Assembly (NCBI GenBank): GCA_022360575.1
Contig: JAKSCO010000351.1
Span: 2,949-66,948, forward strand
DNA length: 64,000 bases
DNA from: Bacteroidales bacterium
Lineage (GTDB): Bacteria > Bacteroidota > Bacteroidia > Bacteroidales > UBA12077
Direction of reading: 5' to 3'
Part shown: positions 19,121-28,128 of the stretch, in pieces
Layout: each line of letters opens with the position of its first letter
Numbering within the stretch: position 1 is the stretch's first letter
Made by a program: the position numbers and the translations under genes
The notes under the pieces: model-generated
What the model was told of the DNA's origin: nothing
Seen by the model: only the letters and a program-made list of their open reading frames with translations
The model's database searches: none

Positions 19121-19297
19121 AGCATTTTAATTATAAAATTAAAATAACTTCTCTGACTATCAAAAATTAAGGATTTTAATATCTTTCTCGGAACGGTTAA
19201 TTTCCTGACACCAAATACAATCTTATTTTTTTATACATCAAAAATAAAACTAGTCTTAAAAAAACTATATAGAATAAAGACAGATTGTATTTTTTTT

Positions 19298-19305
19298 ATA
19301 TCTTT
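19298..19305 (+). promoter_or_regulatory. -7 promoter box (TATCTTTG) for tRNA-Cys
   Basis: Matches TAnnTTTG and ends 17 nt before the tRNA 5' end. No clear -33 TTTG was seen. Confidence 0.4.
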
Positions 19306-19322
19306 GCTGTCCGTAACAAAAT

Positions 19323-19393
19323 GGTCGCGTGGCCGAGCGGCTAGGCAGCGGTCTGCAAAACCGTGTACGGCGGTTCGAATCCGCCCGTGACCT
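19323..19393 (+). tRNA. tRNA-Cys(GCA): tRNA-Cys (anticodon GCA)
   Basis: Folded by hand. The 7-bp acceptor pairs GGTCGCG with CGTGACC (one G-U). The anticodon stem pairs GCGGT with ACCGT around loop CTGCAAA (anticodon at 19355-19357). The T arm is GGCGG-TTCGAAT-CCGCC. The discriminator is U73, the known CysRS identity element. No CCA is encoded. Confidence 0.95.
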
Positions 19394-19396
19394 CTA

Positions 19397-19426
19397 AGCG
19401 TTGAAAAATTTTCAACGCTTTTTTTA
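19397..19426 (+). terminator. intrinsic terminator after tRNA-Cys
   Basis: AGCGTTGAAAA / TTTTCAACGCT palindrome followed by TTTTTTT. It overlaps the last codons of rnhB on the opposite strand. Confidence 0.85.
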
Positions 19427-20041
19427 TTTCTCAAAATTAATTTCTAGCTGCTTATCTAATAACTTAAAAGACATTCTATGATATGGAGTTACTCCATATT
19501 CAGCTATAGCCTGCCTGTGTTTTTTGGTAGGATATGCTTTATTCTGTTTCCAATCATAATGTGGATACTTCTTATGCAAATCAGACATTATATCATCACG
19601 ATAGGTCTTAGCTAAAATAGAAGCTGCTGCTATAGAGTAATATTTCGAATCACCCTTTACTATACATTGGTGAGGTATTTCTTTGTATTTAAGAAATTTA
19701 TTTCCATCAACAATAATATGCTCAGGTATCATATTTAATGCATCTAAAGATTTATGCATTGCTAATATTGATGCTTTCAGAATATTTATTTTGTCAATAT
19801 CTGTATTATCAACAACACCTACAGCAAAAGCAAGAGCCTTTTGTTCTATTTCGGTTCTTAATTCGTACCTCTTTTTTTCTGTTATTTGCTTCGAATCATT
19901 TAAGTATTTATGTGAAAAACTCCGTGGCAAGATAACTGCAGCAGCAACTACAGGACCCGCTAAACAACCTCTGCCTGCTTCATCACAACCGGCCTCAATA
20001 ACATCTTCTTTAAAAAAACTTAATAATTTTGATTTACTCAT
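19424..20041 (-). CDS. rnhB: ribonuclease HII
   Basis: 205 aa. The active-site segment GCDEAGRGCLAGPVVAAAV and motifs DSK and ASILAK are typical of RNase HII. Confidence 0.95.
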   Translation of the reverse strand: MSKSKLLSFFKEDVIEAGCDEAGRGCLAGPVVAAAVILPRSFSHKYLNDSKQITEKKRYELRTEIEQKALAFAVGVVDNTDIDKINILKASILAMHKSLDALNMIPEHIIVDGNKFLKYKEIPHQCIVKGDSKYYSIAAASILAKTYRDDIMSDLHKKYPHYDWKQNKAYPTKKHRQAIAEYGVTPYHRMSFKLLDKQLEINFEK

Positions 20042-21161
20042 TTATTACCTTTATTATACTATCCCACAATGCTTCTGCTGTATTATTCCAGCTAAATCTC
20101 TTTGCACGATTCCACCCTTCTTCTATTAATTGCTCACGAAACTCTTTATCCGAATAAATAATATTCATTGCATCTGCAATTGAATGAACTGAATATGGAT
20201 CAACTAAAACAGCCGCATCCCCTGCAATTTCGGGCATTGAAGTTACATTTGAAGTTATTACCGCAGTTTTGCAATTCATTGCTTCAATAATCGGAATACC
20301 AAAACCTTCGAATAACGAAGCATATACCAAAGCAATTGATGTTGCCAATAATTTATGCAATTCAACAGCTTGTAAATGTCCTGTAAAAATAACATCATCT
20401 TTATATCGCATATCGTTATAGATCTGATTTAAAGATTTATTATTATTAAATAAACCCCCAATTATAATAAACTTTATTTTACTATGCGACTTTGCTTTAA
20501 ATGCATCAAAAGCCTTCAATTGATTTGGTAAATTTTTCCGAGGATGAATACTACTTATAAAAATAAAAAAGTCTTCTCCGGCTGAATATTTTGCTTTAAT
20601 TGTTATTTTCTCATTCTCTTGTATAGGAACATACTGCTCATTTGATCCATTAAAAACGACATCAATTTTATCTGATTCAAAACCATAATGTTTATTAATG
20701 TCTAATTTTGAAAATTCGGATACTGTTGCAATCCGTGTTGCATTTTTTACCCATAACGGGAAGAATTTCCGATAATAAAACGAAAAGTTTTTTGACAACC
20801 AATGCTTATTATTCACAAAATTTAAATCATGAACAACCAATAAATTCTTTATCTTAATTTTTGGATTACTAAATCCATCTGTTGATACATATAAATCAAT
20901 CTTATTTTTACGTAAAACCCAATTCAGCAACAATTGAAACTTAATAAACCAAGCTATTGGTCTAAAAAACGGAGGTCCAATATTAATCTGACTTGTGTTT
21001 TCAGGAAAACTAAAATCATCACAGATACCCTTCCCAAAAATTAATAAAAACTGATGCTCAGGATGATTTTTAATAATTCTAGATATTGTTTCGTATGTAA
21101 ACCATCCCAATCCTTCACGATTATCTTTAACCCAAGTTTGTACATTAATCGCAATCTTCAT
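20034..21161 (-). CDS. glycosyltransferase family 4 (GT-B, GT1 superfamily)
   Basis: 375 aa. C-terminal E-x7-E region (LFEGFGIPIIEAM). Overlaps the rnhB start by 8 nt. Confidence 0.88.
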   Translation of the reverse strand: MKIAINVQTWVKDNREGLGWFTYETISRIIKNHPEHQFLLIFGKGICDDFSFPENTSQINIGPPFFRPIAWFIKFQLLLNWVLRKNKIDLYVSTDGFSNPKIKIKNLLVVHDLNFVNNKHWLSKNFSFYYRKFFPLWVKNATRIATVSEFSKLDINKHYGFESDKIDVVFNGSNEQYVPIQENEKITIKAKYSAGEDFFIFISSIHPRKNLPNQLKAFDAFKAKSHSKIKFIIIGGLFNNNKSLNQIYNDMRYKDDVIFTGHLQAVELHKLLATSIALVYASLFEGFGIPIIEAMNCKTAVITSNVTSMPEIAGDAAVLVDPYSVHSIADAMNIIYSDKEFREQLIEEGWNRAKRFSWNNTAEALWDSIIKVINE

Positions 21162-21412
21162 CTGCTTATTTTTTGATTTGTTGATTTTTCATTAGTTATT
21201 GATATATCATTTTTGATTAACAAATTAACCTGAATATAGTAATTGTTTTGTACAAAATCGAATTTCAATTAAAATTCCAAAAGTATAGATAAATTCTATA
21301 CCCATGAATACGAAATTATAAAAAAGATAATCGTAAATTAGTTTATGGTGCAATTAAAATATTTATACTTGCAAATGCTAAATCAGAGCATTAGAAACTA
21401 AAAAGAAAAATA

Positions 21413-22858
21413 TTGAAACGAAAATTCTTTACAAATTTATTATTATTAATTTCCTTAAACTTACTAATAAAACCTTTCTGGATTTTTGGGATTGACAGAA
21501 CAATTCAAAATACAGTAGGAAGCGAAGAATATGGGTTGTATTTTTCTCTATTTAATTTTTCGTTATTACTAAACATATTGCTTGATTTAGGAATAACCAA
21601 TTATAATAACAGAAACATATCCCAACATAATCAAATTGTAAGGAAATCATTATCGCATATTATAGGGCTTCGATTATTACTCGTATTAGCATATTCGTTA
21701 ATTACAATTATCGCAGGCTTAATTATTGGTTACGATATACGTCAATTTAAATTATTAACTTTTTTGATTTGTAATCAATTTCTTGTTTCATCAATATTAT
21801 ATTTAAGATCAAACTTAAGTGGGTTACATCATTTTAGAACAGATAGTATTATTTCTGTTCTTGATCGTTTGCTAATGATTTTTATTTGTGGACTACTATT
21901 ATGGGGGAATATTATAAAAGCAACATTTAAAATTGAATGGTTCATTTATGCTCAAACGGTATCTTATATTATAACATTATTAATAACTATAATTATTGTT
22001 AACTCAAAAGCAAAATTCGAAAAGTTAAAATTCAGCCGGAGTTATTTTGTTGTAGTCTTAAAGAAAAGTATTCCATATGCTATCCTTGCTTTACTCACAT
22101 TATTTCATTTTCGAATTGATTCGGTAATGTTAGAACGTATGCTTCCTATGGGAAAACTACAAGCTGGAATTTATGCTCAATCGTTTCGAGTTTTGGATGC
22201 CGCTGTTATGTTCTCGTTTTTATTTGCAAGTTTACTCTTACCTATTTTCTCGAAAATGATTAAAGAAAAACAATCTATTCATAATTTAACATTATTTTCT
22301 TTTCTGCTATTAGTAATTCCGTCTATAGGCATAGCTATAATAGCACATTTTTATCAAATTGAGTTTATGTCTTTATTATATAAGGAACATGCTATTATTT
22401 CGGGTAAGATATTTAGTGTTTTGATGGTTTCTTTTGTGAGTATTTCGGCAACTTATATTTTCGGGACCTTACTTACAGCTAACGGAAACTTATATGAGTT
22501 AAATATTATTGCTGGTTTAGGTGTTTTTACAAATCTTACTCTTAACTTAATTTTAATCCCTCGTTACCAAGCATTAGGAGCAGCTTATGCCAGCTTCGTC
22601 ACACAATCATTAATTGCTGCAACTCAGATCATTGTTTCAAAAAGGAAATTTGGATTCAATTTCAACATAAAAAGAATTATTTTATTAGTCATTTTCTCGG
22701 CAGGAACTTATTACATTTCTTATTTATCAATACAGATTAATTGGTATTGGATTTATAAAGTAATAATTATTGGGGTAGTAATGTTAATTTGGGCTTTTAT
22801 CCTCAGACTGATAAATATAAAGCTTATCATAAGCTTGCTATTAAACGAAGATGAATAA
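21413..22858 (+). CDS. polysaccharide/oligosaccharide flippase (Wzx-like, MOP superfamily)
   Basis: 481 aa from a TTG start. Highly hydrophobic, with many predicted TM segments by eye and a layout typical of polysaccharide biosynthesis export proteins. Confidence 0.8.
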   Translation: MKRKFFTNLLLLISLNLLIKPFWIFGIDRTIQNTVGSEEYGLYFSLFNFSLLLNILLDLGITNYNNRNISQHNQIVRKSLSHIIGLRLLLVLAYSLITIIAGLIIGYDIRQFKLLTFLICNQFLVSSILYLRSNLSGLHHFRTDSIISVLDRLLMIFICGLLLWGNIIKATFKIEWFIYAQTVSYIITLLITIIIVNSKAKFEKLKFSRSYFVVVLKKSIPYAILALLTLFHFRIDSVMLERMLPMGKLQAGIYAQSFRVLDAAVMFSFLFASLLLPIFSKMIKEKQSIHNLTLFSFLLLVIPSIGIAIIAHFYQIEFMSLLYKEHAIISGKIFSVLMVSFVSISATYIFGTLLTANGNLYELNIIAGLGVFTNLTLNLILIPRYQALGAAYASFVTQSLIAATQIIVSKRKFGFNFNIKRIILLVIFSAGTYYISYLSIQINWYWIYKVIIIGVVMLIWAFILRLINIKLIISLLLNEDE

Positions 22859-22863
22859 AAACA

Positions 22864-22891
22864 TCTCTAAGTCGCTTAAGCAACTTAGAGA
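22864..22891. terminator. hairpin between the convergent flippase and BNR-protein genes
   Basis: TCTCTAAGT / ACTTAGAGA 9-bp stem with a 10-nt loop that is itself palindromic (GCTTAAGC). T-rich sequence follows on the plus strand. Confidence 0.6.
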
Positions 22892-22902
22892 CATCTATTT
22901 TC

Positions 22903-25900
22903 TTAAGGAAGCTTTTGTCCACTAATCCAAGGACCTCCCAGTTTGCTTAATTCCTTTTCAAGTTCAGGAATTCTATTATTTATGATATTCTGCAATTTAG
23001 GTTTTATTTCTGCTATTTGTTTATTTACAATATTTAGATTTTCTTCTTGAGTTTTCGTTGGTCCATAACTAGTATATGTTGATCCCATTGCTACAAAAAA
23101 ACGAGAAACCAAAGTAGGATTATTCTTCTCTCCTATAGTTCTTCGTGCTCTAGAACCAAAAACTTCGAAACCTAAACGCTGTGCTTCTTGCTTTAATTCA
23201 TAAACTTTCGATGTTAAATCATTCGATTCTGCATCGGTATATGCCATAGCCTTTTGTAAAGTCTCTATTCGTTTATAAGCTTTTTCTGCACTTACATTCA
23301 TTGCTACCAAAACTTTATATGTTTCTGATAACTTTTCCCAAAACTTAAAAGCTTTATCAACCGAACCTGTTTTGAGAATCCCTTCACGTATAAGCTCTAC
23401 ATTAAATTCGACAGGATCAGTTAAATCTGTAACTACACCATCTATTTGTTTTGACAAGCTTACAGTATAAGTTCCGGGTTTAGAAAGAAATCCATAACGA
23501 AAAAATCCTCCATCTAATTCGGGATTAATTGTTTTTGTTGCCGCCGACTTTAAATCCCAACTAACCCGATGAAAACCTTTACTTGTTGGAGCATCTATTT
23601 TTCGAACTATTTTCCCTTCTAAATCTTTTACCACTAACCAAACTTTAGGTTTTTCTTGAACGGATTCTTTTTCGAGCTCAGTCCAAGAAGGGAATGTAAT
23701 TTTCTTGTTTTCTTTCTTTAATTTCTTTTCTTTTTCTATCCTTTGTTGTTTAAGAGTTTTATACCCCTCGCTAAGATAATATGTAAAAACTGCTCCGAAA
23801 GGAGGATTTTCAGCTAAGAATAAAGATTCACCTAAAAATGCTTTTCCTGACTCGCCTAAAGGAGTACGAGGAATATACCACAAAGCTTTTCGAGGTTTAA
23901 AAAGGGTTGCTTCTTGTTGTAATTGGTTCTTACTAATATCTCTTAAAGGCGAATAATCATCTAAAACAAAGAAACTTCGACCAAAAGAAGCTCCAATCAA
24001 ATCATTTTCGCGCCTTTGTATAGCTAAATCTCTAAATGATATTGTAGGTAAGTTCCCTTTTAGTTTTGTCCAGTTAACACCTCCGTTTATTGTAAAATAA
24101 ATTCCAAACTCTGTTCCGACAAACATCAACTGCGGATTTACATGATCCTGAACAATTCGCCACACAATAGTTCTTTTGGGAATGTTTCCTGTTATCGATT
24201 TCCATGTTTTTCCTTTATCCATACTCTTAACAACATATGGATTTAAATCACCATATTTATGGTTATCTAAAACAACATAAACTGTATTTGCATCAAACAA
24301 ATCGGCTTTAATATCATTAACAAAAGCTGTTTTTGGAACCTGAGGCAAATCACTAACATCAATCTTAGTCCAACTTGTTCCGGCATCTTCGGTAACCTGA
24401 ATTGACCCATCGTCAGTTCCTGCATATATTAATCCTTCCTGCACAGGCGATTCGGCCAAAGAAGTTATTGTATTATAATTCGACATAGCATCTACATCCC
24501 AAGGCTCATCATATCCCCATGTTTTATCCATAATCTCTAATGAGAATCTGTTTTGATTTTTTGTTAAATCACCTGAAATTGGCTCCCAGCTATCACCTCT
24601 GTTTTCTGATTTCCAAATACGCTGAGAAGCATAATATAAGCGTGTAGGCGAATGAGGACTAATTAAAATTGGAGCATCCCAATTAAATCTCTCATAGGGT
24701 TCGTTCTCTCTAGGTTCTGGTTTTATAAAAACTCTTTCTCCTGTTGTTCTATCGTATCGAATTAAATTTCCTTCTTGCCATTCGGCATACACTATATCCG
24801 GATTACCAGGTTCTGTAGCAGGTTGATGTCCATCAGCAAATAATATTATTTCCCAGTCAGAATTACGAATTCCATTTAAGTTATCTGTTCTTGATGGTCC
24901 TCCTTGCGTGCAATTATCTTGAGTTCCTCCGTAAATATTATAAAAAGGTTTATCATCATCAACGGCTACCTTATAAAACTGGGTTATAGGTAAATTTGAT
25001 ATGTATTTCCAGTTCTTTGTACAATCAAAACTCTCGTACATTCCTCCATCAGTTCCTAGTAATACATAATTTGGATCATCTTTTCTGAAAGCTATGGCAT
25101 GATTATCGGAATGTTTCCATTTTTCATTCATTCGTTTAAAAGTCTTTCCTCCATCATCTGACACCTGCATTCGGGCATCTGCAAGATACAAGCGATCGAA
25201 GTTATGAGGACAAGCATAAAGCTCTTGGTAGTAATGAGGCCCAGTTGCCCCGGCAACAGCATCTGATTGTTTTTTCCAAAGCAAGCCTCTGTTATTTGAT
25301 TTATAAACACCTCCGGTTCGTTTGTCCAACTCTATTGCTGCATATATCACATCCGGATTTTGAGGAGATATAGCTAAGCCTATTTTACCCATCGATTGTT
25401 TGGGCAAACCATTAGTTAGTTTCTCCCAAACTTTTCCTCCATCATTCGATTTATAAATAGCACTTCCAGAGCCACCTCCCATATAAGCAGCAACATTCCG
25501 ATGACGTTGCCATGTAGCTGCATACAAACAATTACTATTTCGAGGGTCAATAATAATATCTGTAGCACCAACCCATTGGTCATCTCCCAAAGTTTGTTCC
25601 CAGGTTTTTCCTCCATCTGTAGTCATGTAAATTCCTCTTTCGCCACCTTTACTCCACAAAGGACCTTGTGCAGCCACCCATACTATATCTGAGTTTTCGG
25701 GATGAACTATTATTTTTGAAATATGCTGAGTTTCTTTCAAACCCATATTAGTCCATGTTATTCCATCATCAGCACTTTTATATATTCCATCGCCATATCC
25801 TACATGTCTGCCTCCTACATTTTCGCCTGTACCAACCCATACAACATGAGGATTTTTAGAATCGATACATACACAACCTATAGAATAAGAGCTTTGACTA

Positions 25901-26157
25901 TCAAAAATAGGGCTCCAAGTAGTGCCACTATTATTCGTTTTCCATACACCTCCCGAGCCTACAGCAACATACCATACATTATCGTTTTGAGGATGAATTG
26001 CAATATCAGCTATTCGTCCCGACATTAGTGCTGGTCCTATATTCCTAAATTTCAAACCTGCATATGTTGATTCAGAAAATAAAGGATCATTTTTTTCTTG
26101 AGCATAAGTAGATACAAATACACACAAGAAACTAGCTAAGAAAATAAGTTTTTTCAT
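22903..26157 (-). CDS. secreted BNR/sortilin (VPS10)-repeat beta-propeller protein
   Basis: 1084 aa. Signal peptide. The N-terminus LKFRNIGPALMSGRIADIAIHP...GGVWKTNNSGTTW is followed by repeated S-x-D-x-G-x-T-W (BNR/Asp-box) motifs. This matches the conserved ~1080-aa Bacteroidota family often labelled BNR glycosyl hydrolase. Confidence 0.85.
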   Translation of the reverse strand: MKKLIFLASFLCVFVSTYAQEKNDPLFSESTYAGLKFRNIGPALMSGRIADIAIHPQNDNVWYVAVGSGGVWKTNNSGTTWSPIFDSQSSYSIGCVCIDSKNPHVVWVGTGENVGGRHVGYGDGIYKSADDGITWTNMGLKETQHISKIIVHPENSDIVWVAAQGPLWSKGGERGIYMTTDGGKTWEQTLGDDQWVGATDIIIDPRNSNCLYAATWQRHRNVAAYMGGGSGSAIYKSNDGGKVWEKLTNGLPKQSMGKIGLAISPQNPDVIYAAIELDKRTGGVYKSNNRGLLWKKQSDAVAGATGPHYYQELYACPHNFDRLYLADARMQVSDDGGKTFKRMNEKWKHSDNHAIAFRKDDPNYVLLGTDGGMYESFDCTKNWKYISNLPITQFYKVAVDDDKPFYNIYGGTQDNCTQGGPSRTDNLNGIRNSDWEIILFADGHQPATEPGNPDIVYAEWQEGNLIRYDRTTGERVFIKPEPRENEPYERFNWDAPILISPHSPTRLYYASQRIWKSENRGDSWEPISGDLTKNQNRFSLEIMDKTWGYDEPWDVDAMSNYNTITSLAESPVQEGLIYAGTDDGSIQVTEDAGTSWTKIDVSDLPQVPKTAFVNDIKADLFDANTVYVVLDNHKYGDLNPYVVKSMDKGKTWKSITGNIPKRTIVWRIVQDHVNPQLMFVGTEFGIYFTINGGVNWTKLKGNLPTISFRDLAIQRRENDLIGASFGRSFFVLDDYSPLRDISKNQLQQEATLFKPRKALWYIPRTPLGESGKAFLGESLFLAENPPFGAVFTYYLSEGYKTLKQQRIEKEKKLKKENKKITFPSWTELEKESVQEKPKVWLVVKDLEGKIVRKIDAPTSKGFHRVSWDLKSAATKTINPELDGGFFRYGFLSKPGTYTVSLSKQIDGVVTDLTDPVEFNVELIREGILKTGSVDKAFKFWEKLSETYKVLVAMNVSAEKAYKRIETLQKAMAYTDAESNDLTSKVYELKQEAQRLGFEVFGSRARRTIGEKNNPTLVSRFFVAMGSTYTSYGPTKTQEENLNIVNKQIAEIKPKLQNIINNRIPELEKELSKLGGPWISGQKLP

Positions 26158-26362
26158 ATAAGTATTTTTAGGGATTAAAAAATAAATAGATCATTTAATA
26201 AAAACGAGTGTTTGTTTTAGCAGTAAGACTATTTACATAAATAATAGTTTAAATCAACTGCTTACAAAAATTATCATTGTATCGATAGTTCTGGCTCAAA
26301 AACACTCCTAAATATTTCCGAGATATTACATCTTTGCTATATCGCAATATAATTTTCGATAT

Positions 26363-26382
26363 AATAACCAAAAGAACATCAA
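26363..26382 (+). repeat. dispersed intergenic module M1, copy c (AATAACCAAAAGAACATCAA)
   Basis: One-base insertion relative to the M1 core. It lies 35 nt before the 42-bp tandem array. Confidence 0.7.
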
Positions 26383-26416
26383 TCTGAAAGATATCTCTGC
26401 TAAAGTCTTTTGAAAA

Positions 26417-26587
26417 GTACAGAAGGTTGTTTCTGTCTGTCGACAGGCTTCCGTATTGATACGGAAGGTACTTTCTCTTCGTCGGCAAGCCTCTGTACTG
26501 GTACGGAGAGCACTTTCTCTTCGTCGGCAAGTCTCCGTATTGGTACAGAAGGCACTTTCTGGCTGTCGGCAGGCTTCCGTACTTTTT
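26417..26587. repeat. tandem array with a 42-bp period, about 4 copies, each unit containing a palindrome
   Basis: Full units are at 26435-26476, 26477-26518 and 26519-26560, with partial copies on each side. Unit 1 carries CTTCCGTAT-TG-ATACGGAAG (26448-26467). Units 2 and 3 are identical at 34 of 42 positions. Confidence 0.9.
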
Positions 26588-26654
26588 AGATGCCTTGAAA
26601 ATGAAAGGAATCAAGGCTTCAGATTCTTCACTAAGAATTTTATTTGAAAAATAA

Positions 26655-26679
26655 AAGAGGCTGTAAATAACAACCTCTT
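26655..26679 (-). terminator. terminator after the phosphohexomutase gene
   Basis: AAGAGGcTG / CAaCCTCTT stem (one mismatch) with a 7-nt loop and T-rich flanks on both strands. About 13 nt downstream of the 26692 stop. Confidence 0.55.
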
Positions 26680-26691
26680 CTGTTTTTATAT

Positions 26692-28029
26692 CTATTTGTG
26701 TTTTTTAATTATCGAATCTATTATCTTGAGTTTTTCACTTAAAACCTCATCCGTTTCGGCCTCAACCAACAATCGCAAATACGGCTCGGTATTCGAAGGA
26801 CGTACATTAAACCACCAACTATCAAATTCTAATCGATAACCATCAAAATCCATTATATCCGTTGGCGTTTCGTTAGCAACAAAGTATTCTTTAAGAGCTT
26901 CCATTGCTTGTTGTTTCTGCTCTATTTTATAGTTTATCTCGCCCGAGTTTTTGTATTTACTTATATTCGCAATAAGCTCAGACATTGTTTTTCCTTCTTT
27001 TTTAAAATCAGATAAAAGATTTAAAACAATTAATGCAGCCATAATTCCCGAATCAGAATAGAAAAAATCTCTGAAATAATAATGTCCTGCAAGCTCACCT
27101 CCATATATCCCTTTAATCTCGCGAAGCTTAGGAGCAGCATAAGCTCTACCTACTCTCCATGTGTGCATTTCGCCACCAAGTTTTTTTATGTATTCTTTTA
27201 CAGCTTTTGATGTACGAATATCTTCTAACACGGCTCCTTTTTCTTTTTTAAGAAAATAGTGTCCCATTAATGCAATAATTAAATCTGGAGAAATAAATTG
27301 ACCTTTTTCGTCAACAAACATAACTCTATCGGCATCGCCATCGAATATAATACCTATATCACAAGAATTTTCAACAACTGTTTTCTTTAAATCTTCAACA
27401 TTAGCCTCGATTAAAGGATTTGGCTCGTGATTTGGGAAAGTTCCATCTAACTCATCGTATAAATAAATAGGCTTTTTTGCCAATAGTTTTTTTATCAGAT
27501 AAGCAGCCATTCCGTTAGAACAATCAACAGCCATTTTCAGATTTGAGTAATCATGTACATATGATTTTAAAAACTCTACATATTCGTCTTTTACTTTGTA
27601 ATCAACAATTTTCCCTTTTTTCTCAGCTATAACAATTTCTCTATTCTGAATCATCTCTAAAAGCTTATTCAGTCCAGTATCAAAACCAACCGGCAAAGCA
27701 TTCGACTTAGAGATTTTCATTCCGTTATATTCTCTCGAATTATGAGAAGCAGTTATTTGTACCGAAGCAGCAAACTTGTGCTTTGCAGTAACATAATACA
27801 CCATTGGTGTAGTAGCAATTCCTATATTATAAACATTTGCTCCACTGTCAATAATTCCTTGAGCCAAATGTTCAAAAATCTCATTTGACGAAATACGAAC
27901 GTCCCTCCCAACTAAAACATTATCTGCTTGAAGTAATTCTGGCAAAAAATATCCAATTTTATAGGCATCTTCTTTATTAAAATCCTCGTTATAAATCCCT
28001 CGAATGTCGTATGCTTTGAAAGCTTTCAT
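26692..28029 (-). CDS. phosphomannomutase/phosphoglucomutase (alpha-D-phosphohexomutase)
   Basis: 445 aa. Active-site serine loop TASHNSREYNGMK and metal loop FDGDADRV, with a sugar- and phosphate-binding layout typical of the superfamily. Confidence 0.9.
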   Translation of the reverse strand: MKAFKAYDIRGIYNEDFNKEDAYKIGYFLPELLQADNVLVGRDVRISSNEIFEHLAQGIIDSGANVYNIGIATTPMVYYVTAKHKFAASVQITASHNSREYNGMKISKSNALPVGFDTGLNKLLEMIQNREIVIAEKKGKIVDYKVKDEYVEFLKSYVHDYSNLKMAVDCSNGMAAYLIKKLLAKKPIYLYDELDGTFPNHEPNPLIEANVEDLKKTVVENSCDIGIIFDGDADRVMFVDEKGQFISPDLIIALMGHYFLKKEKGAVLEDIRTSKAVKEYIKKLGGEMHTWRVGRAYAAPKLREIKGIYGGELAGHYYFRDFFYSDSGIMAALIVLNLLSDFKKEGKTMSELIANISKYKNSGEINYKIEQKQQAMEALKEYFVANETPTDIMDFDGYRLEFDSWWFNVRPSNTEPYLRLLVEAETDEVLSEKLKIIDSIIKKHK

Positions 28030-28128
28030 ATTATAATAAATTACTAATAAATAAAGTTTTACAAAAAGAAGCCAGTTTTTTGCTGACTTCGGATTTTATC
28101 TAATTTTTTACAAAAATGCAACTTTTTT

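Noticed and set aside
19231-19434. Track ORF of 67 aa on the minus strand
   Set aside because: It lies antisense across tRNA-Cys and its terminator, and the open frame is explained by the GC-rich tRNA sequence.
26249-26647. Track ORFs 26249-26614 (minus, 121 aa) and 26456-26647 (plus, 63 aa) spanning the 42-bp array
   Set aside because: Their sequences simply echo the DNA periodicity, giving 14-aa repeats such as LPTKRK..PYQYG. Both strands are open for the same reason. There is no plausible start context or domain. I treat them as artefacts of the tandem repeat.
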